From: Lingula anatina
Taxonomy: Eukaryota > Animalia > Brachiopoda
Reading direction: 5' to 3'
Assembly: GCA_051362555.1 (NCBI GenBank)
Contig: CM120644.1
Span: forward strand, 11,616,567-11,680,566
Length of the DNA: 64,000 bases
The notes under the pieces were generated by a model that saw only the letters and a program-made list of their open reading frames with translations, did no database searches and had not been told where the DNA came from. The position numbers and the translations under genes are program-made. Of the stretch, positions 1 through 21,765 are shown one piece after another (positions within the stretch are counted from its first letter, which is position 1; each line of letters starts with the position of its first letter).

Positions 1-228
1 TTTGATTTAAACTGAGCCTAAAATGAGAAATTTTCACAGCTATTTTATCAAAATATAAAATTTAATATTGAAAATGAGTATCATTAGCTTAAGTCAAGTG
101 GGCAATGAAATGATTTGTGAAGATGTACTGGCACTCCTATGAAGTACAAAAAAATATGTGAAACAAAAAGTAAAGAAAAGCCTGTTTGGAAAGGATGCTT
201 CCATTCACAAGATTTTCCAGCAACTTAC

Positions 229-9011
<8,783 letters not shown>

Positions 9012-9279
9012 CCTGGAATAAATAACATTTTGAAACTTAATCGTCGTGATCGTGTCGAGCAAGATGGATCCTTTCAGGGAACTCTGTCCCAAATTAGATA
9101 GGTTATAAAATCATTAATCTCTTAAAGTGACCAGTTTAGTAAGCTGAGAGATGTGAAAACTCTGAAAATGGGCCTCAAAGTTGGTCAGACTGCGGCTTTC
9201 TTTCGATAAATGTAACCATTCCATGGGCGCCATAACAGATCTAAAAAAAGGTTAATTTTATCGAACTCATGTATTGTAA

Positions 9280-9480
9280 GCCTTACCTGACAAAGACGAG
9301 CTTAGAGATAAGTCAAGGTTTCTTTAGACCACCCAATTCGCTCTAATAACAGTTACTCGATGAAAGCGCTTACCTGGAGTTTCACGAAATAGGTCTTCCC
9401 GACGAAAAGAGCTAAACGCACAAGTGAAGGTGGCGCAAGAAGAACAAGACAATACACACCCGTTGCCTTGCAACTGGCTA
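9280..9480 (-). promoter_or_regulatory. Probable non-coding first exon / promoter of DDX42
   Basis: The ATG exon is preceded by a ttccag acceptor (9013-9014), so an upstream 5' UTR exon is required; candidate minus-strand donors CAG|GTAAG lie near 9286 and 9373 in a locally CpG-containing segment. Confidence 0.5.
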
Positions 9481-9794
9481 TTTCTTAAAGGTACATACTA
9501 ACCGAGCTACAGTGGAGTGTGGATTCCCTGTAACACATGTAAACCACTTCTACTAGTTTCTAATACGATTCAAATAAATATTCGACATGCCAAGGGATAA
9601 ACTGAATAGATCACTCAATCAGCCATAAAATAGCTTTAGACTACTCCTTTCTTCAAATTTTTGGTCGGAAATTTAACCTACTTTCGTGGCATACTTTTCT
9701 GCCCCATTGACATACAGCAAAGAATGCTAGCAGAAAATCCGTTCAAACATCATTTTCGGGTAAAATTAAACAATGTCTCTTGGTAATTCTCTTA

Positions 9795-10019
9795 GACCCC
9801 ATTTCCATAGATTTTAGATCGATCTATCCCTGTGAGGAGTCTCACTAGATTACTGTCAGCTTAGCCGGCTTAAACGTCTGCCCCGCTTACTAAAAGCTGT
9901 AAATTGATAATTAACTATGGTGCGCGATCGGCTGACTGCAATTTAGCGTGAACCCCCAGGGAGTTAGGTCGATCTAAATCTTAATCTCTGGATCGATCTA
10001 AATCTCTGGGAATACACCC
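9795..10019 (+). mobile_element. PIF/Harbinger-like MITE, family A
   Basis: Imperfect TIRs (GACCCCATTTCCATAGATTTTAGATCGATC ... GATCGATCTAAATCTCTGGGAATACACCC), TTA on both sides; multiple copies in window. Confidence 0.85.
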
Positions 10020-10185
10020 TTAATATACTACTTGAAACTATAGGCCTATGCTGGCATTTGGTTGTTTTTTGTGACAAAAAATTGACTTTGCATGCATCTT
10101 TAAGACTTCTTCACACACCTGTGAGAGACATAAAATAACGGGAATTAATTCGCCGGTGTTGGCGAGGTTATAATTTTGTCTCAGT

Positions 10186-10386
10186 TAGATTAGATCGACC
10201 TACTTTAGATCGACCTAACTCCCTGGGGGTTCACGCTAAATAGCTGTCAGCCGGGCGGACACGAAAGTTAATTACCTCCTTGCAGCTTGTAGTAGGCGGG
10301 ACGGACATTTAAGTCGGATTATCTGAAGTAATCTAGTGAGACTCCCCGCGGGGATAGATCGATCTAAAATCTATGGGAATAGAGCC
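10186..10386 (-). mobile_element. MITE family A, inverted copy truncated at one end
   Basis: Reverse-complement similarity to 9795-10019; ends ...GGGAATAGAGCC followed by TAA. Confidence 0.8.
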
Positions 10387-10616
10387 TAAGACTCTGAAGG
10401 AGACAAGATCTAGGTACTTTTAGACTGGAATGCACAATGCATATTGTTCATAAAAAAATTTGGGCCAAGTTTGTTTTCAAAAGAAAGAATGGGGGGTTGC
10501 ACACAGAAAACGTATTTCATCAGCAGAGTCCCTGAGAAAGAGCAACTTTTCTTTTAAAAAAAGGTAGGTGCCGGTGTGGCAGGGATGGTGCGTGTCCCGC
10601 TAAGCAACCCGGCTAA

Positions 10617-10716
10617 TAGCACGTAAATTCATGCGTTAGCACTCCTATTGACGATTCTGATATGTACATGTAGGCCTACTGTACATAGGAGTGCTAACGC
10701 ACGAATTTTCGTGCTA
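10617..10716. mobile_element. Short palindromic MITE (100 bp)
   Basis: TIRs tagcacgtaaattcatgcgttagcactcctat / ataggagtgctaacgcacgaattttcgtgcta; flanks cccggctaa / cccggctag resemble an 8-9 bp TSD. Confidence 0.65.
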
Positions 10717-10816
10717 CCCGGCTAGGAACCGTATGTAGTCCTTTCCCATACACTTTTTACACTGTACGCAGGGGCGGATCCAGGATTATTTGAAGGGGGA
10801 TCTGCGAAAGCGAAGT

Positions 10817-10847
<31 letters not shown>

Positions 10848-11080
10848 TGGCGTATTTTGGGATTTTTTAGGGCTAACGATGCCATTTTGTAAGGTTTAGT
10901 CTTTAGAAATATGATTCAGCTAGTCAAAATTTAATTACAAGAGTTATGGGACCATTGGTGTGATTTTTATTTTCAGAAATCGAAGTGAGGATTAGGCAGG
11001 AGACGTAAGAGACGGAGAGACCATTGCAGGCGGTCTTTCTTTCAAGTAAGGTCAAGTAGGGTCAAGACTTTTCTTCTTCA

Positions 11081-11636
11081 GTATTATGTTCACATTGACG
11101 TCGTTATAGGCCTATATGGGATGTTACGAACTCGCACTGCATAATGTGACATGGAATCATTAATTTTTGAATTTCAATTATATTGACGTTGATGTATAGG
11201 ATGTAAACCCGCATTGCATATGGTGATGTGAAATTATTAAAGGTCCAGTGTAACGTGACAGAGAGGCGGTCTTTCTTTCAAATAGGGTCCGCAATATTTG
11301 ATCCTTCGATCAGTTGATACTCGGATCTTCCATTACTAATGGGGCCTTAAATCTATTTTAAATGTGACCCCAAGGGAATTCACCAACCCCGCCCACTCTT
11401 GATAAGAAAAATACTCCTTGGGCGTTAGTGTAGAGTCTAATGTTATTACAAAATGCATTCGAAAATGTAGGAAGCTCAATTTTTAGGTAATGCATATGAG
11501 AAACCCCATGCTGTTGGGAAAAATTAACAGTTCAAATTTCTTGAGAGCACGTGCCCAACGTTTTGAATGTATGGATGAATAAAGAAAAGCAAGTCGCAAT
11601 TTGTAGAAATGCCTTTGTACCGGGCCCCGTAAAAGT

Positions 11637-11735
<99 letters not shown>

Positions 11736-11960
11736 CAACAAGCGTGAGCTTTTTCCGTATTATGTTCACATTGACGTCGATATATATGAGATTTTATGAA
11801 CTCGCTTTGCATAATCTGACATGGAATCATTAATTTTTGAATTTCAATCACATTGACGTTGATGTATAGGATGTAAACCCGCATTGCATATGGTGATATG
11901 AAATTATATGGTCCAGTGTAACGTGACAGAGAGCCCCCCCATTGCAAGATAGAGTCCGCA
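11081..11960 (+). repeat. Local direct duplication (~200 bp): 11081-11290 vs 11757-11960; third related copy near 22499-22610
   Basis: Shared gtattatgttcacattgacgtcg ... gacatggaatcattaatttttgaatttcaat ... ggtccagtgtaacgtgacagagag. Confidence 0.8.
11640..11732. repeat. Compound (CT)n(AT)n microsatellite
   Basis: Directly visible; source of spurious ORFs at 11483-11947. Confidence 0.95.
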
Positions 11961-12174
11961 TCCCATTCATTTCTACAGGTAAGCCTCGCCCAAGATTTTG
12001 AAACTCGTACATGTACGTTAGGCTAACCCTAACCGGTACCTTTATTACTTGAGGGAGGACGGACTTTCTGTTACACGGACCCTTAAGTAGTTTGGTCACA
12101 CCGGCGTACCAAAAAGCCTTCAACTTACATTATTGTATGAATTATTTTCCTGTTGCAGTTTACATCAAGTGGTC

Positions 12175-13162
12175 ATGCGACGCTTAACGAGACATATCAG
12201 TACATGTAGATTAGTTAGATGTATAGGCGTGGCGCTCGTGCTGGTGTACCTTTGGAACAGGAATTCGAAGTTCTTAGGTAAGTACCAGGCGGCATATTAT
12301 AAGCCCCACCTTTTATAATTATATGTTACATCATTGTAGCTAAGTTGATTTATTTTCATCTATCAGTTCCCAACCTACGTTCAATAGGGTGACTCCCGTT
12401 TTCGCCCACACACTCATATAATTATAAAACCTAGCAAATTACGGGGGCGGATTGAGGCGGTCTTCTGGGTTGATGAGTACCTAATTTTTTCTGTCGGAAG
12501 ACGGTCAAAAAATGGAGGATGGATCAACAAAGATAATGTGGAAGACTGTCAGAAATATCTCTGGATCCGCCCCAGAATTATTTTATTCCAAAAGTCTTGG
12601 TTATACTGTAAGTTGTAGGCCCCGCTTTGGTAAATAGTCATACATTAACGCCAAACCCTTCGCTTGCTTCAGCCGTCCGCAGGGTAGCAAAGGCATACAT
12701 GCAGCAATAGCAGAGTCAGACTCTTCCGTGGCCAGTGTTAAGTCCCGACATGTCTCCCACTGAGCATGTGGACTTTTTTCTCTGGCTCAGTACTGAGAAT
12801 AACCAACCAGAAACATATATGTGAATATCTAGTGAAAAAATCAATCCGTGGCCCTGGTAGAGGGAAGCCTTCTACCGTCATAGAGTTAAGAGCTCCACGG
12901 GTGAAAGAACGGAGAAGGATGCCTCAGTTCCGTCATGGACAAAATGTCCAAGGTTCCGTATTCGATGTCTCGCAGTGGCGGATTTATAGGGGGGCCAGGG
13001 GGGTCCTGACCCCCCCCCCCCTCTTCGATTTCTGGCCCCCTCTTGAAATTAGTATTTTGACTAGCTGAATCATAGTTCTAAACCGTACCAGATGGCACCG
13101 TTCGCCCTCTATAATACCAAACTTTTCGGGGCCCTTCCGCAGGTCCCGAACCCCACGCCAAG

Positions 13163-13217
<55 letters not shown>

Positions 13218-16200
13218 GGGGGGGGAAGGGTCGGCTTCGCAGCCGCGGACCCCCCTTCAAATAATTCTGGATCCGCCCCTGTATTGTACAGTAGGGCCTA
13301 CTAGTCTATGAAGGAGCTAGGGCACTAGACTGTATTGCACCCAGGAGAATGCACACATGTTAGTGACGTTGCTGAGCAATATATACATGTACTACCCTTT
13401 TGGCAACACTGTTGTATGAAAAAGTATGTTAAAAACAAACAAATAACAAAGCTTTCTTTTTTGCTAGTCTATTTACAGATCACACTCACAAAATTCCACA
13501 TTTTACTGTCATTGTCCAGATAAACCCCACAGATTTTATATTTCAGATTTAAACAGATTACATGTACCTAAAACGGAGAGTGCTGATGGAAGAGCCAGAT
13601 GCGTGCACATTTCTAATATCATAAAACCGGTAAGATAGCCTATTAGGGATAGATGCGGCAATAGAAAGGATGCGGGATAGAAGCATGGCAATAGTCCCGA
13701 ACTGATAAGTACATTCTGAAAAGTTTTGTGCTTAATAGGCTAAAATAAATTGGCTTTGCCCGAGTCCTGTTTCACAATACGGCTGAAGTACAGGGTTGCT
13801 ACTTAATATGGAATATATTTTATCATTGTTATTTTTGAGTGCTGATTAAAATTTTTTTGGCTTGAGTCATTAAAAAAGTATGTCACTGAGTGATAATAAC
13901 ATCCAGTCTTCTGTTGTGAGATATCTTGGTCAATAATATCAAATCTGACATAAGATGCCATTCAAAAGAAAGGAACACCCCCAGAAAACCATATCAACAG
14001 TTTGATATCAGTATAAACTTTAAGATAAGATATTAAAGGAAATTATAGCCTCCGGACAGTGATATGTTACACCGTCAAAGAACTGACTACAGTAAATCAT
14101 GAAAAGTCAGTAATTGCGGGTATGACCTCCAGCAGCCGCTTGCAGCGCCCTCATCCTACATGGCATACCCTGTGACACGTTTTTTAGAGTTTGGGTGGGG
14201 ATATCATTCCACGCAGTGATATTTGCCTATCGCAGTTCATCACTATTTACCGGCCGAGGACCATAGCTATTAATTCTGTGAGTTACTTCCGCCCACAGAT
14301 TTTCAATTGGGTTCATATCTGGAGAGTTTGCAGGCCAGGGCAGTTGCTGAACCCATTGGTTTTGAAGAAAAACAGTGATTCTGCGGCCTCGATGTGGGGT
14401 TGCGCAGTCGTCTTGGTAAACAAAATTGTTCCTGAAGATGACTCTTACCAATCGAAGCATTGTTTGCTGTAGAATGTCTCTGTAGGAATCCTGGATGAAT
14501 TTGCCTCCTAGAAAAACCAACTGGTTCTGGGCACCGACATGAAATGCTCCCCAAACAGAGACGTTACCATCCCCTGCTTGCACCCTAGGCAGTACACAAT
14601 CATTGTTTTATGCCCCTCGTACACGTCGGTGGACACGGATTCGACGATCAACCCTAAAAAATCCATTTCTGGCCTCATCACTGAAAACGACGTGATTCCA
14701 GTGTTTTGGCTGCAAACGCACGTGGTCCCCAGCCCATTGCAGACGTCGCTGTATATGACCTGCTGTTAACAGTAGTTTCCCTACTGGCCTTCGTGCAAAA
14801 TCAGCCCGGGAGCCACTGGCTGATTTGACGGTTATTTTGGAAAATATTAGATTTGGCCTCGTTTTCAAAACGTGGAGTGGTAGCCCCAAAAAAATTTGGC
14901 GGGAGACGAAGGCATAGAGACAGGTAAGTTGTACATGTGTTTGTGGAATGAACAGTAGATTTAAATACTAATGAATTTGACGGGACAATACAGTATATGC
15001 TTAAGTTACATTTTATACACCGAATAAGTCTTCGTGTATCGATTTCACTGAGTATTCTCTAAAGTTACTGGCGATTAGCAAAATGGCCGCACACAAAACG
15101 TCATTGTAAACATTGACTTTTGAACTGTGCCAAATGCAGCTTAAGGGTTTTTTTCTTTATCTGTTCTTGTTTTTTCATAGTTTGGCAATATTTTTTGAAC
15201 ATATCAAATTTTTAAGATGTGCGATGGCCTGTAATTTGTAGAATTTCAACATTTCCAACAAGCTGTATATTCACCGTGCCGGGTACCTATCATTTAGTTG
15301 ATCGAGTGATGGCAGTGGCTTTCTGGTCTCATGCATGGAATGAATGTCACCGTATAAGTGAAATGTTTGAATCTTGGCTTCTCATGCAATTTCTTCGTGT
15401 TTTAATGTGAAAAGGATGAAGTGGATTGCGAAATAACATTGTCATCCAACCTGCATAGACGTACGTATACGTATGTGCATATCGTGGTGTACCAGTATAT
15501 ACTTGTTTGCAAAGCGATGGGGAGGGGGGGGGGGGCATTGGTACCAGTAGTTGTGAAATATATAGTATTGTAAACTAACCATAGGCATGTTTTGAAATAT
15601 ATGAATCGTAAATTATGTCTTTTTTGCTGGGGGCGGGGGGGGGGGGTTAAATGTATCAATTGTGTTAATTTTTTTAGAAAAAAAACATGTAAACACAAAA
15701 TAAGTTTTATTGCATTGGTTGGGGGTTTTGAGGAGAAGAATGTCATAAAAATGCAAGTTTAAAAAAGGTGAATAATATATGTATGTGTGTATGTACATTA
15801 AATGAAACAGGCTCTTCAATGATGAGGGCATATGATAGTGATGTGGTGCTCTGACTTGCATGTGTTTTCTAATTTTTTCATGCCTTGATTCAAATTGGGT
15901 TTTTGAATTATAATGGGTGTGCAACTTTGCCCAAAGTTCAGTTTCAAATGTTTTTTTAATAATCACTGTTATGAATTAAGTATAAATAGTGCAGTTTAAG
16001 GTAAAGATTGTAAATATAGTACGTGCTGTTTAAGATTGATTGTTACAGTTTACCTATTACAAAGATTGCAATAAATTATGATTAATTTCAGTGTGTATGT
16101 GTGTGAGCAATTGATAAATGTAGTTAGAATTTTTTTATGATATTCTTTTAAAAACTCTATTATTTATTCTAGGCTTGAATAGCATGAATGGGACCAGGAT

Positions 16201-19200
16201 AATTCCTTTTGCCGTGCAATTATCATAACAAAAGCGCCCATCATTTCCAAATGCTGTGTGACAATGAACACCACAACCTCTTGGATACTTCTAAGGGATG
16301 AAAAATATGTGCTCTTGCTAATATAAATAGTTATTGGTTATCAGTACATAGAAATGCAGTTTGTGAAATCAATTTAGGTTTTAACCACATGAAGTTAGTT
16401 AAAAGTGTATGTGCAACTAAGTTAACAATACATTGTTTTATTTTTACTGTGCAGGTTTTTTTTATATATGTGTAGCTTATAGATAATATCTACTTATCAG
16501 AATACAAGTAAAACAAGTTTATTCAAATGCAAATATGGATTGATACCTGGTATCACTGAAAGAAAATTAACATGACATCTTTGGGAAAATTTATGAAATT
16601 ATATTATTTGTAAAAATTCTGGTCCACTGTGTAAAGGGAAATTGTGTGTTAGATGGTTAAATACATATAAATGTGTACCAATCAAGTAAAGTAGCATTGA
16701 ATTATCACCTACTGGGTAATTAATGTACAATGTAATGTAAAATAACTATTTTGCAATGTACATGTCTCACTGGTAAAATATTTCAGGCTAGTTGAATTTT
16801 ATGTAAAATTAAAATAAAATATATAGCAATGTGATTAAATGTAAATTGTCTTTCATTTGTTATTTTTCATATTTAATGAAAGGAATACCCTCATCAGTTG
16901 GCCTCATGTAATAAAAAGGTTTATCTACAATGAAAAAAAATGTTAAAGTTCATTTGTATTAGCACCGTGGTAAGTGCCAAGAAAAAAATTATTTCATTGT
17001 CCCCAATACCCAGTTGCTCTATATAAGTAATACTGTGTGAAGGAAAAACTAAAACGAGACTAAAGCTCATGAGAAAGCACTAAGTCAAAGCGAGGCTTAT
17101 ATGCGGATATCGTAAGTGAGAGTTTTCAGGCTGACATGGCCGTGAATTGATTTGTGCCATTCACAGCTTAAGGCAAAGTTCTTTACATGCTTACATTGAC
17201 AGAAAGCTGAATAAATTTTCCACAACTTGTAGTAATTTCAAGTTGTGCGGAGGCCTCTATAGGTACAAAAATCAAAATCAAAAACGAACTTCCGTAATAG
17301 CTTTAATAAAATTTCGATTTCAAACTCATTTTTCAACATTAAATATGCTGTAGATCAACTTTTGGGTCATCTCACATTATTCGAAATTTATTTCTCAATA
17401 TGACAATGTACATATTGTAACCCCAAGTACGTTAATAGCCGAGATAATACACCGTTTATGACACCCTATAAATCTCAAAAAATATTGCCCAATTCAAATT
17501 CTCGAACTTCCGGTTTGTTTAATAGCCACCTAGCGGCAGACCAGTGGCTCCCGGGCTGAATAACCGGCTAGCAGAAATATCTTGTTCACGTGGGACCTTG
17601 AAACGGGAGTTTGAATGACATTCTGCCTCTCTTTTCTGAGGACACTGGTTGTCTTTGTACGACCAGCACGGCGTCCTTTAAGGAGAAAGCGATCCTGTCT
17701 TCTTGGTGTGATACGCGGACACCCTGGTCGAGGTATTGGAGTAGGTGCCCCTGTTGCAGCATTTCTTTGGAGGACTTCACAAACGTATTGTTATAGAGTA
17801 TATAGCTTAGACTTTCACTGATTACAAGTAATAATTAAAGAGAAATCAAATTAGTAAAAGGATAGTGAGTTGTTGACTATAAGGTAAATTTCTTTAAAAG
17901 TCAACAAGTGTAGGAAAAGATGGAACATGTTAAAGTCACATATAGTTCGCTTTGATTGGTTAATTTCGCAATAGATTTGCAAGTTTCTGCCACGTGTTAA
18001 ACACATGCAAACTAAGGATGGATATGGTGCACCATGAGTTAGATAAATAATATTTTAGGTATTATTAATTTTCATCCGCGGACCCCCCCCCCCTTCAAAT
18101 AATCCTGGATCCGCCCCTGTACTCTGTTCTCTGTAAATTGCACAGGCATAGGGCAAATAAACGGTTATGAAATAAATGGAATATATTACTCTAATAGCTC
18201 CCAATGCAGGGTTACATGAAGGAAAACGTAATTGTACACGTAACAACAGATTTCATCTTATTTAAAGTTTAAAATCATTGTGTGTTATCTTAAATGCTGG
18301 TGTAATTGTTAAATAATTAACTGGAGAGTCATATTGCTATATACATGTATCTAGTTTTTTTACCTGCTCGTGAAGGTTTTACAGTTTTTTTAAAATCCTT
18401 CATGATATCAATTTCTAATAAAATATAATGTAGGCATCTTATATTATTGAATATATTTCTATTTTTAGATGAACTTAAATGAGATAACAACTCTTTGTAT
18501 GAGATCTATATTTCACAATAAATACATGGTAACAACTCATAGAAATATAATACGGTATAGTTAACCACAAAAACGACAGTTATAGCAATTATTCTGAAAT
18601 CTTTGCTTGTCATCGGACCACGTGACCTCCATAGGTGGCCATATAAAATAAGAAAAAAAAACTTATTCGAAAACAAAACCGGGACTATTTATAGCGAGCA
18701 ATAAACCGAAAAATACGTTGAACTAACGGCTCCCCCATGTCACATACATGTAGAGCACCATTTACACAGGTGTTGCAATACTTATAACACCCCTCTGTAT
18801 ATGTGCCGGGTATAAGACACAATAGCAGTGATGTCAGTGAGTAAAAAGTTCATAGGTGAGTTCCGGTCCCACAAAAATGCTCCTATGGTTATTACCTGCT
18901 GCCATATTGCACTGAGAGTCGATTTGGAGAGTAAAAGCTCCTCAATTGTTATTTCCACACGATGCCAACCTTTGATTAAAAGGACCATAAGTGCAACCTG
19001 AGCTTCAGAGATAAATTGATACAAACCTCTGCACCAAAGAAGTATATCCTTGCCGTTTCCAGTTGCCTCTGACCAGGGCTCCGTAACTCGAAAGCATCGC
19101 GTAATGCGGATAGCGATATCACATAGAGGCTACAAAGTATTATATTGGGCGAGTATAGGCGAGTTATGGAATCGAGACGCTTGCGCTCGGTCGCAATGCT

Positions 19201-21289
19201 TTCGAGTTACGGGGCCCAGGTTCGTAGGGCCTGGCTGCCGGCCCCTCAAGCTTTACACCCGCCCCAATGACTCATTGAAGGATATCTTTGAGAGCATTCA
19301 CATCGAGAAGAGCCGAGGTCTAGCAAGGCATGACATTCATTGAGATTCATTGAGAGACCATTAAAGGATTACGTGGTCATCCTTTCATGTAGGTCCGCCA
19401 TATTTATTATTTAGGTCTCGGCCTTGCTAGACCTAGGCTCTTCTCGATGTGAATGCTCTCTTTACGTATCAACACACGCTCTAACGCAATAAACGCGAAC
19501 GAGTCCAAGCGCGGTTTTTAATTTAAGACTAGTTTGTCGGGGTCATTATTGCCGCATCTCAAGCTAGTAGCTTTCGAACAAAATTGCTAAAACACGAGGC
19601 TAAAAATAAGTTTTTTATCAGATCATAGTGAAAAACAAGTAGCCGACAATACACAGCAAATATTCAATTTTGCAACCTCATCTTACAACAACAGGCGCAA
19701 TCGATCTCAAAATATCGGGCATTTTAAATTCCTTCATGAACAAACATATCAAATTCTCACCTAGCTTCCAAAATGAAACAATAAAATATAGTTGCACTTG
19801 ATTTCTATAAGTTCAATCGTTGTGTCTAAATGACATAAAAAGTGAGCGATAACCGCTATCGTGCTTTCTCTGAACGAGAGGGCGCCCGGTCCGAATGCAA
19901 TCGGCTCTGTGCTAGACAAGTCCTGTCATGACCCATTACTTTTGCTTTATTTGTCAAAGATGTGCATATTTCACAATAAATACATTGTAAATAATCCATA
20001 GAAATACAATAAATTCTACTTTACACCCAAAACGGCGGTTAACACAATTATTTTGGAATTTGTGCTTGCCATCACATCACGTGACCTCCATAGATGTCTA
20101 CACTCTGTAATAATCTCTTAAGAGATTATTACAAAAAAACAAACTTTTTAGAAAAAACAGGTACTAATTTTGAATGTGGGAATGGATTCATTTACAATTG
20201 GTAGGTATGGAAAAATTGTCCTTTACCCCTGAAAAATTCTTTTGGCCAAAATGAACAGTTGTTATCCCTTTAAGTATGTATTAAGATTTTGGTTTGTCCG
20301 TTTACTTCCATTTCCTCATAAAGTATGATAAATGTGATAATATATTACAGGCTGCATGAGGCACGCCTGAATTGGCTACAAAACCAACATGTTGATAACA
20401 AAATATCATTTAAAAAATGATACGACAGTATATAATAGTAAGACTTTCTTCTAGAATTTCTCTTCTCTTTTAGAAATATCATTGGGATAAAGTTCCTGGA
20501 GAATGGCAGGAAACTATGAAACGGAGAAGGCAAATGTTGTTTCAGATGTGCAAAGATCAGAATGAAACCATACCACCAGAGGCACCAACTAAAGTGAAAC
20601 AGCCCATTCCAAACAGAATCTTTGTCGAAGACATACATGAAATAATCCTGTGTCCCATGGCAAAAGCAGCAAGTAAAACCTGGTTGAAGATATATTTCAA
20701 ACTAAACAAGCAGATGAACACTTCTGCCTTACATAATGACTGGATTCCAAAGCATGCGATACGTGTGCATAAACTTAACAAGTACACCGACTTTGGTATC
20801 ACCACACGCCTTAACACCTATCTTAAAATAATGACAGTCCGTCATCCTCTGATCCGTCTCGTGTCGGTGTATCACGAACAAGTGGCGCCTCCTGGATCTC
20901 AGTATGAGGGGGATGTGAAGCGCTTTATCGCGAAGACAGAAGGGAGAAAAATCCAGTCTGTTTCATTTGAAGACTTCCTGCGTTACGCCATCCAAACTCC
21001 AAATATGCACTGGGATCCATTCAAAAAATTTTGTGATCCGTGTTATATAGATTATGATCTGTTGGTATATTTCGAAACTATGGAAGACGACGCCAAAAAC
21101 ACGCTGATTCTTTTGGGTGCAGACGACATGATCAAACTTCCTCCTTCACACCGTGCAGATAAAATGTCGGCTGACGATGAAGCTCGAAAACATTATGATG
21201 GTGTAGACAGAGAGCTACTGAAACGAGTTATCGCGATGTACAGGATTGAAGAGAAGTACTTTGGATACAACATGAGTTTATTTTCATGA
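12175..21289 (+). CDS. Carbohydrate sulfotransferase (CHST8-14 / Sulfotransfer_2 family, CHST11-like), paralog 1; type II membrane protein
   Basis: Exons 12175-12277 (MRRLTRHISTCRLVRCIGVALVLVYLWNRNSKFL, signal anchor), 13547-13629, 20474-21289; phases 1 and 0 join in frame. 5'-PSB-like CPMAKAASKTW, 3'-PB VRHPLIRLVSVY, HW...CDPCYIDYD...FET...DA and terminal FGY motifs. Confidence 0.85.
12972..13280. mobile_element. hAT-like non-autonomous element (CAGGGGCGGATCCAG-type ends); related ends at ~10768-10800, 12441-12573 and 18080-18119
   Basis: cagtggcggatt ... ggatccgcccctg inverted termini with internal poly-C/G and (GT)n; no clear TSD seen. Confidence 0.55.
14107..17830 (-). mobile_element. 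Degenerate Tc1/mariner transposase, split in two by a nested insertion
   Basis: N-terminal part ~17560-17800 reads ATGAPTPIPRPGCPRITPRRQDRFLL...VSRSHVNKIFLLAGY; C-terminal part 14107-14801 reads FARRP...HWNHVVFSDEAR...VWGAF...YQDDCATPH...WPANSPDMNPIENLW...AAGGHTRNY*; frameshifts present. TIRs not identified. Confidence 0.9.
14802..17558. mobile_element. 2.76-kb non-autonomous DNA transposon, Academ-like, nested in the Tc1
   Basis: Perfect 18-bp TIRs CAGCCCGGGAGCCACTGG (14802-14819, reverse complement 17541-17558) and 3-bp TSD AAT; excision restores the Tc1 frame AGYFARRP. Superfamily call is inferred from YAG termini and 3-bp TSD. Confidence 0.8.
18476..18720 (-). mobile_element. Kolobok-like MITE family B, diverged partial copy
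   Basis: Reverse similarity to 27492-27828 (tatgagatctatatttcacaata ... gaccacgtgacctcca). Confidence 0.65.
19077..19216. mobile_element. Harbinger-like MITE (140 bp)
   Basis: TIRs GGCTCCGTAACTCGAAAGCAT / ATGCTTTCGAGTTACGGGGCC; TSD CAG. Confidence 0.8.
19290..19460. mobile_element. MITE with ~40-bp TIRs (171 bp)
   Basis: GAGAGCATTCACATCGAGAAGAGCC.AGGTCTAGCAAGGC and its reverse complement; TSD TTT. Confidence 0.85.
19960..20272 (-). mobile_element. Kolobok-like MITE family B, diverged copy
   Basis: Reverse similarity to 27492-27828; ends ...ttatccct followed by TTAA. Confidence 0.7.
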
Positions 21290-21549
21290 ATTAAACATAC
21301 ATGCACACTTTATTAATGTTCAACTTTGATTCAAAAGTGATCGAAATATTGTAAAGTACGTGGTTCGAAAGATTTGAGGGAAAAAACATCAGTGCCGGTT
21401 GTTGTTTAACGGATATTTTCTATATACATGTACTGGTATATGTTACTCAGCAGTCTCATTTGAATAAGTATGTAATTGCTCGCGCATCTACATCCATATA
21501 TAAGAGAGAGATTGAGAGTGATGATTATACAATGCGTGAGGAGTACTTA

Positions 21550-21765
21550 GACCCCCATTCCCACAGATTTTAGATCGATCTATCCCTGTGGGGAGTCTCA
21601 CTAGTTTACTGTCAGCTTAGCCGGCTTAAGCGTCTGTCCCGGCTACTAAAAGCTGTAAGGGGGTAATTAACTGTCGTGCGCGCTCGGCTGACTGAAATTT
21701 AGCTTGAACCCCTAGGAAGTTAGGTCGATCCGGATGGATCGATCTAAATCTCTGGGAATGCACTC
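21550..21765 (+). mobile_element. MITE family A, full copy
   Basis: Same TIRs and internal sequence as 9795-10019; TTA TSD. Confidence 0.85.

Noticed and set aside
12672-12930. Exon-like block conserved in intron 1 of both sulfotransferase copies (also ~22955-23120)
   Set aside because: The phase-compatible frame hits stop codons in both copies and the gene models are complete without it; similarity is explained by the duplication.
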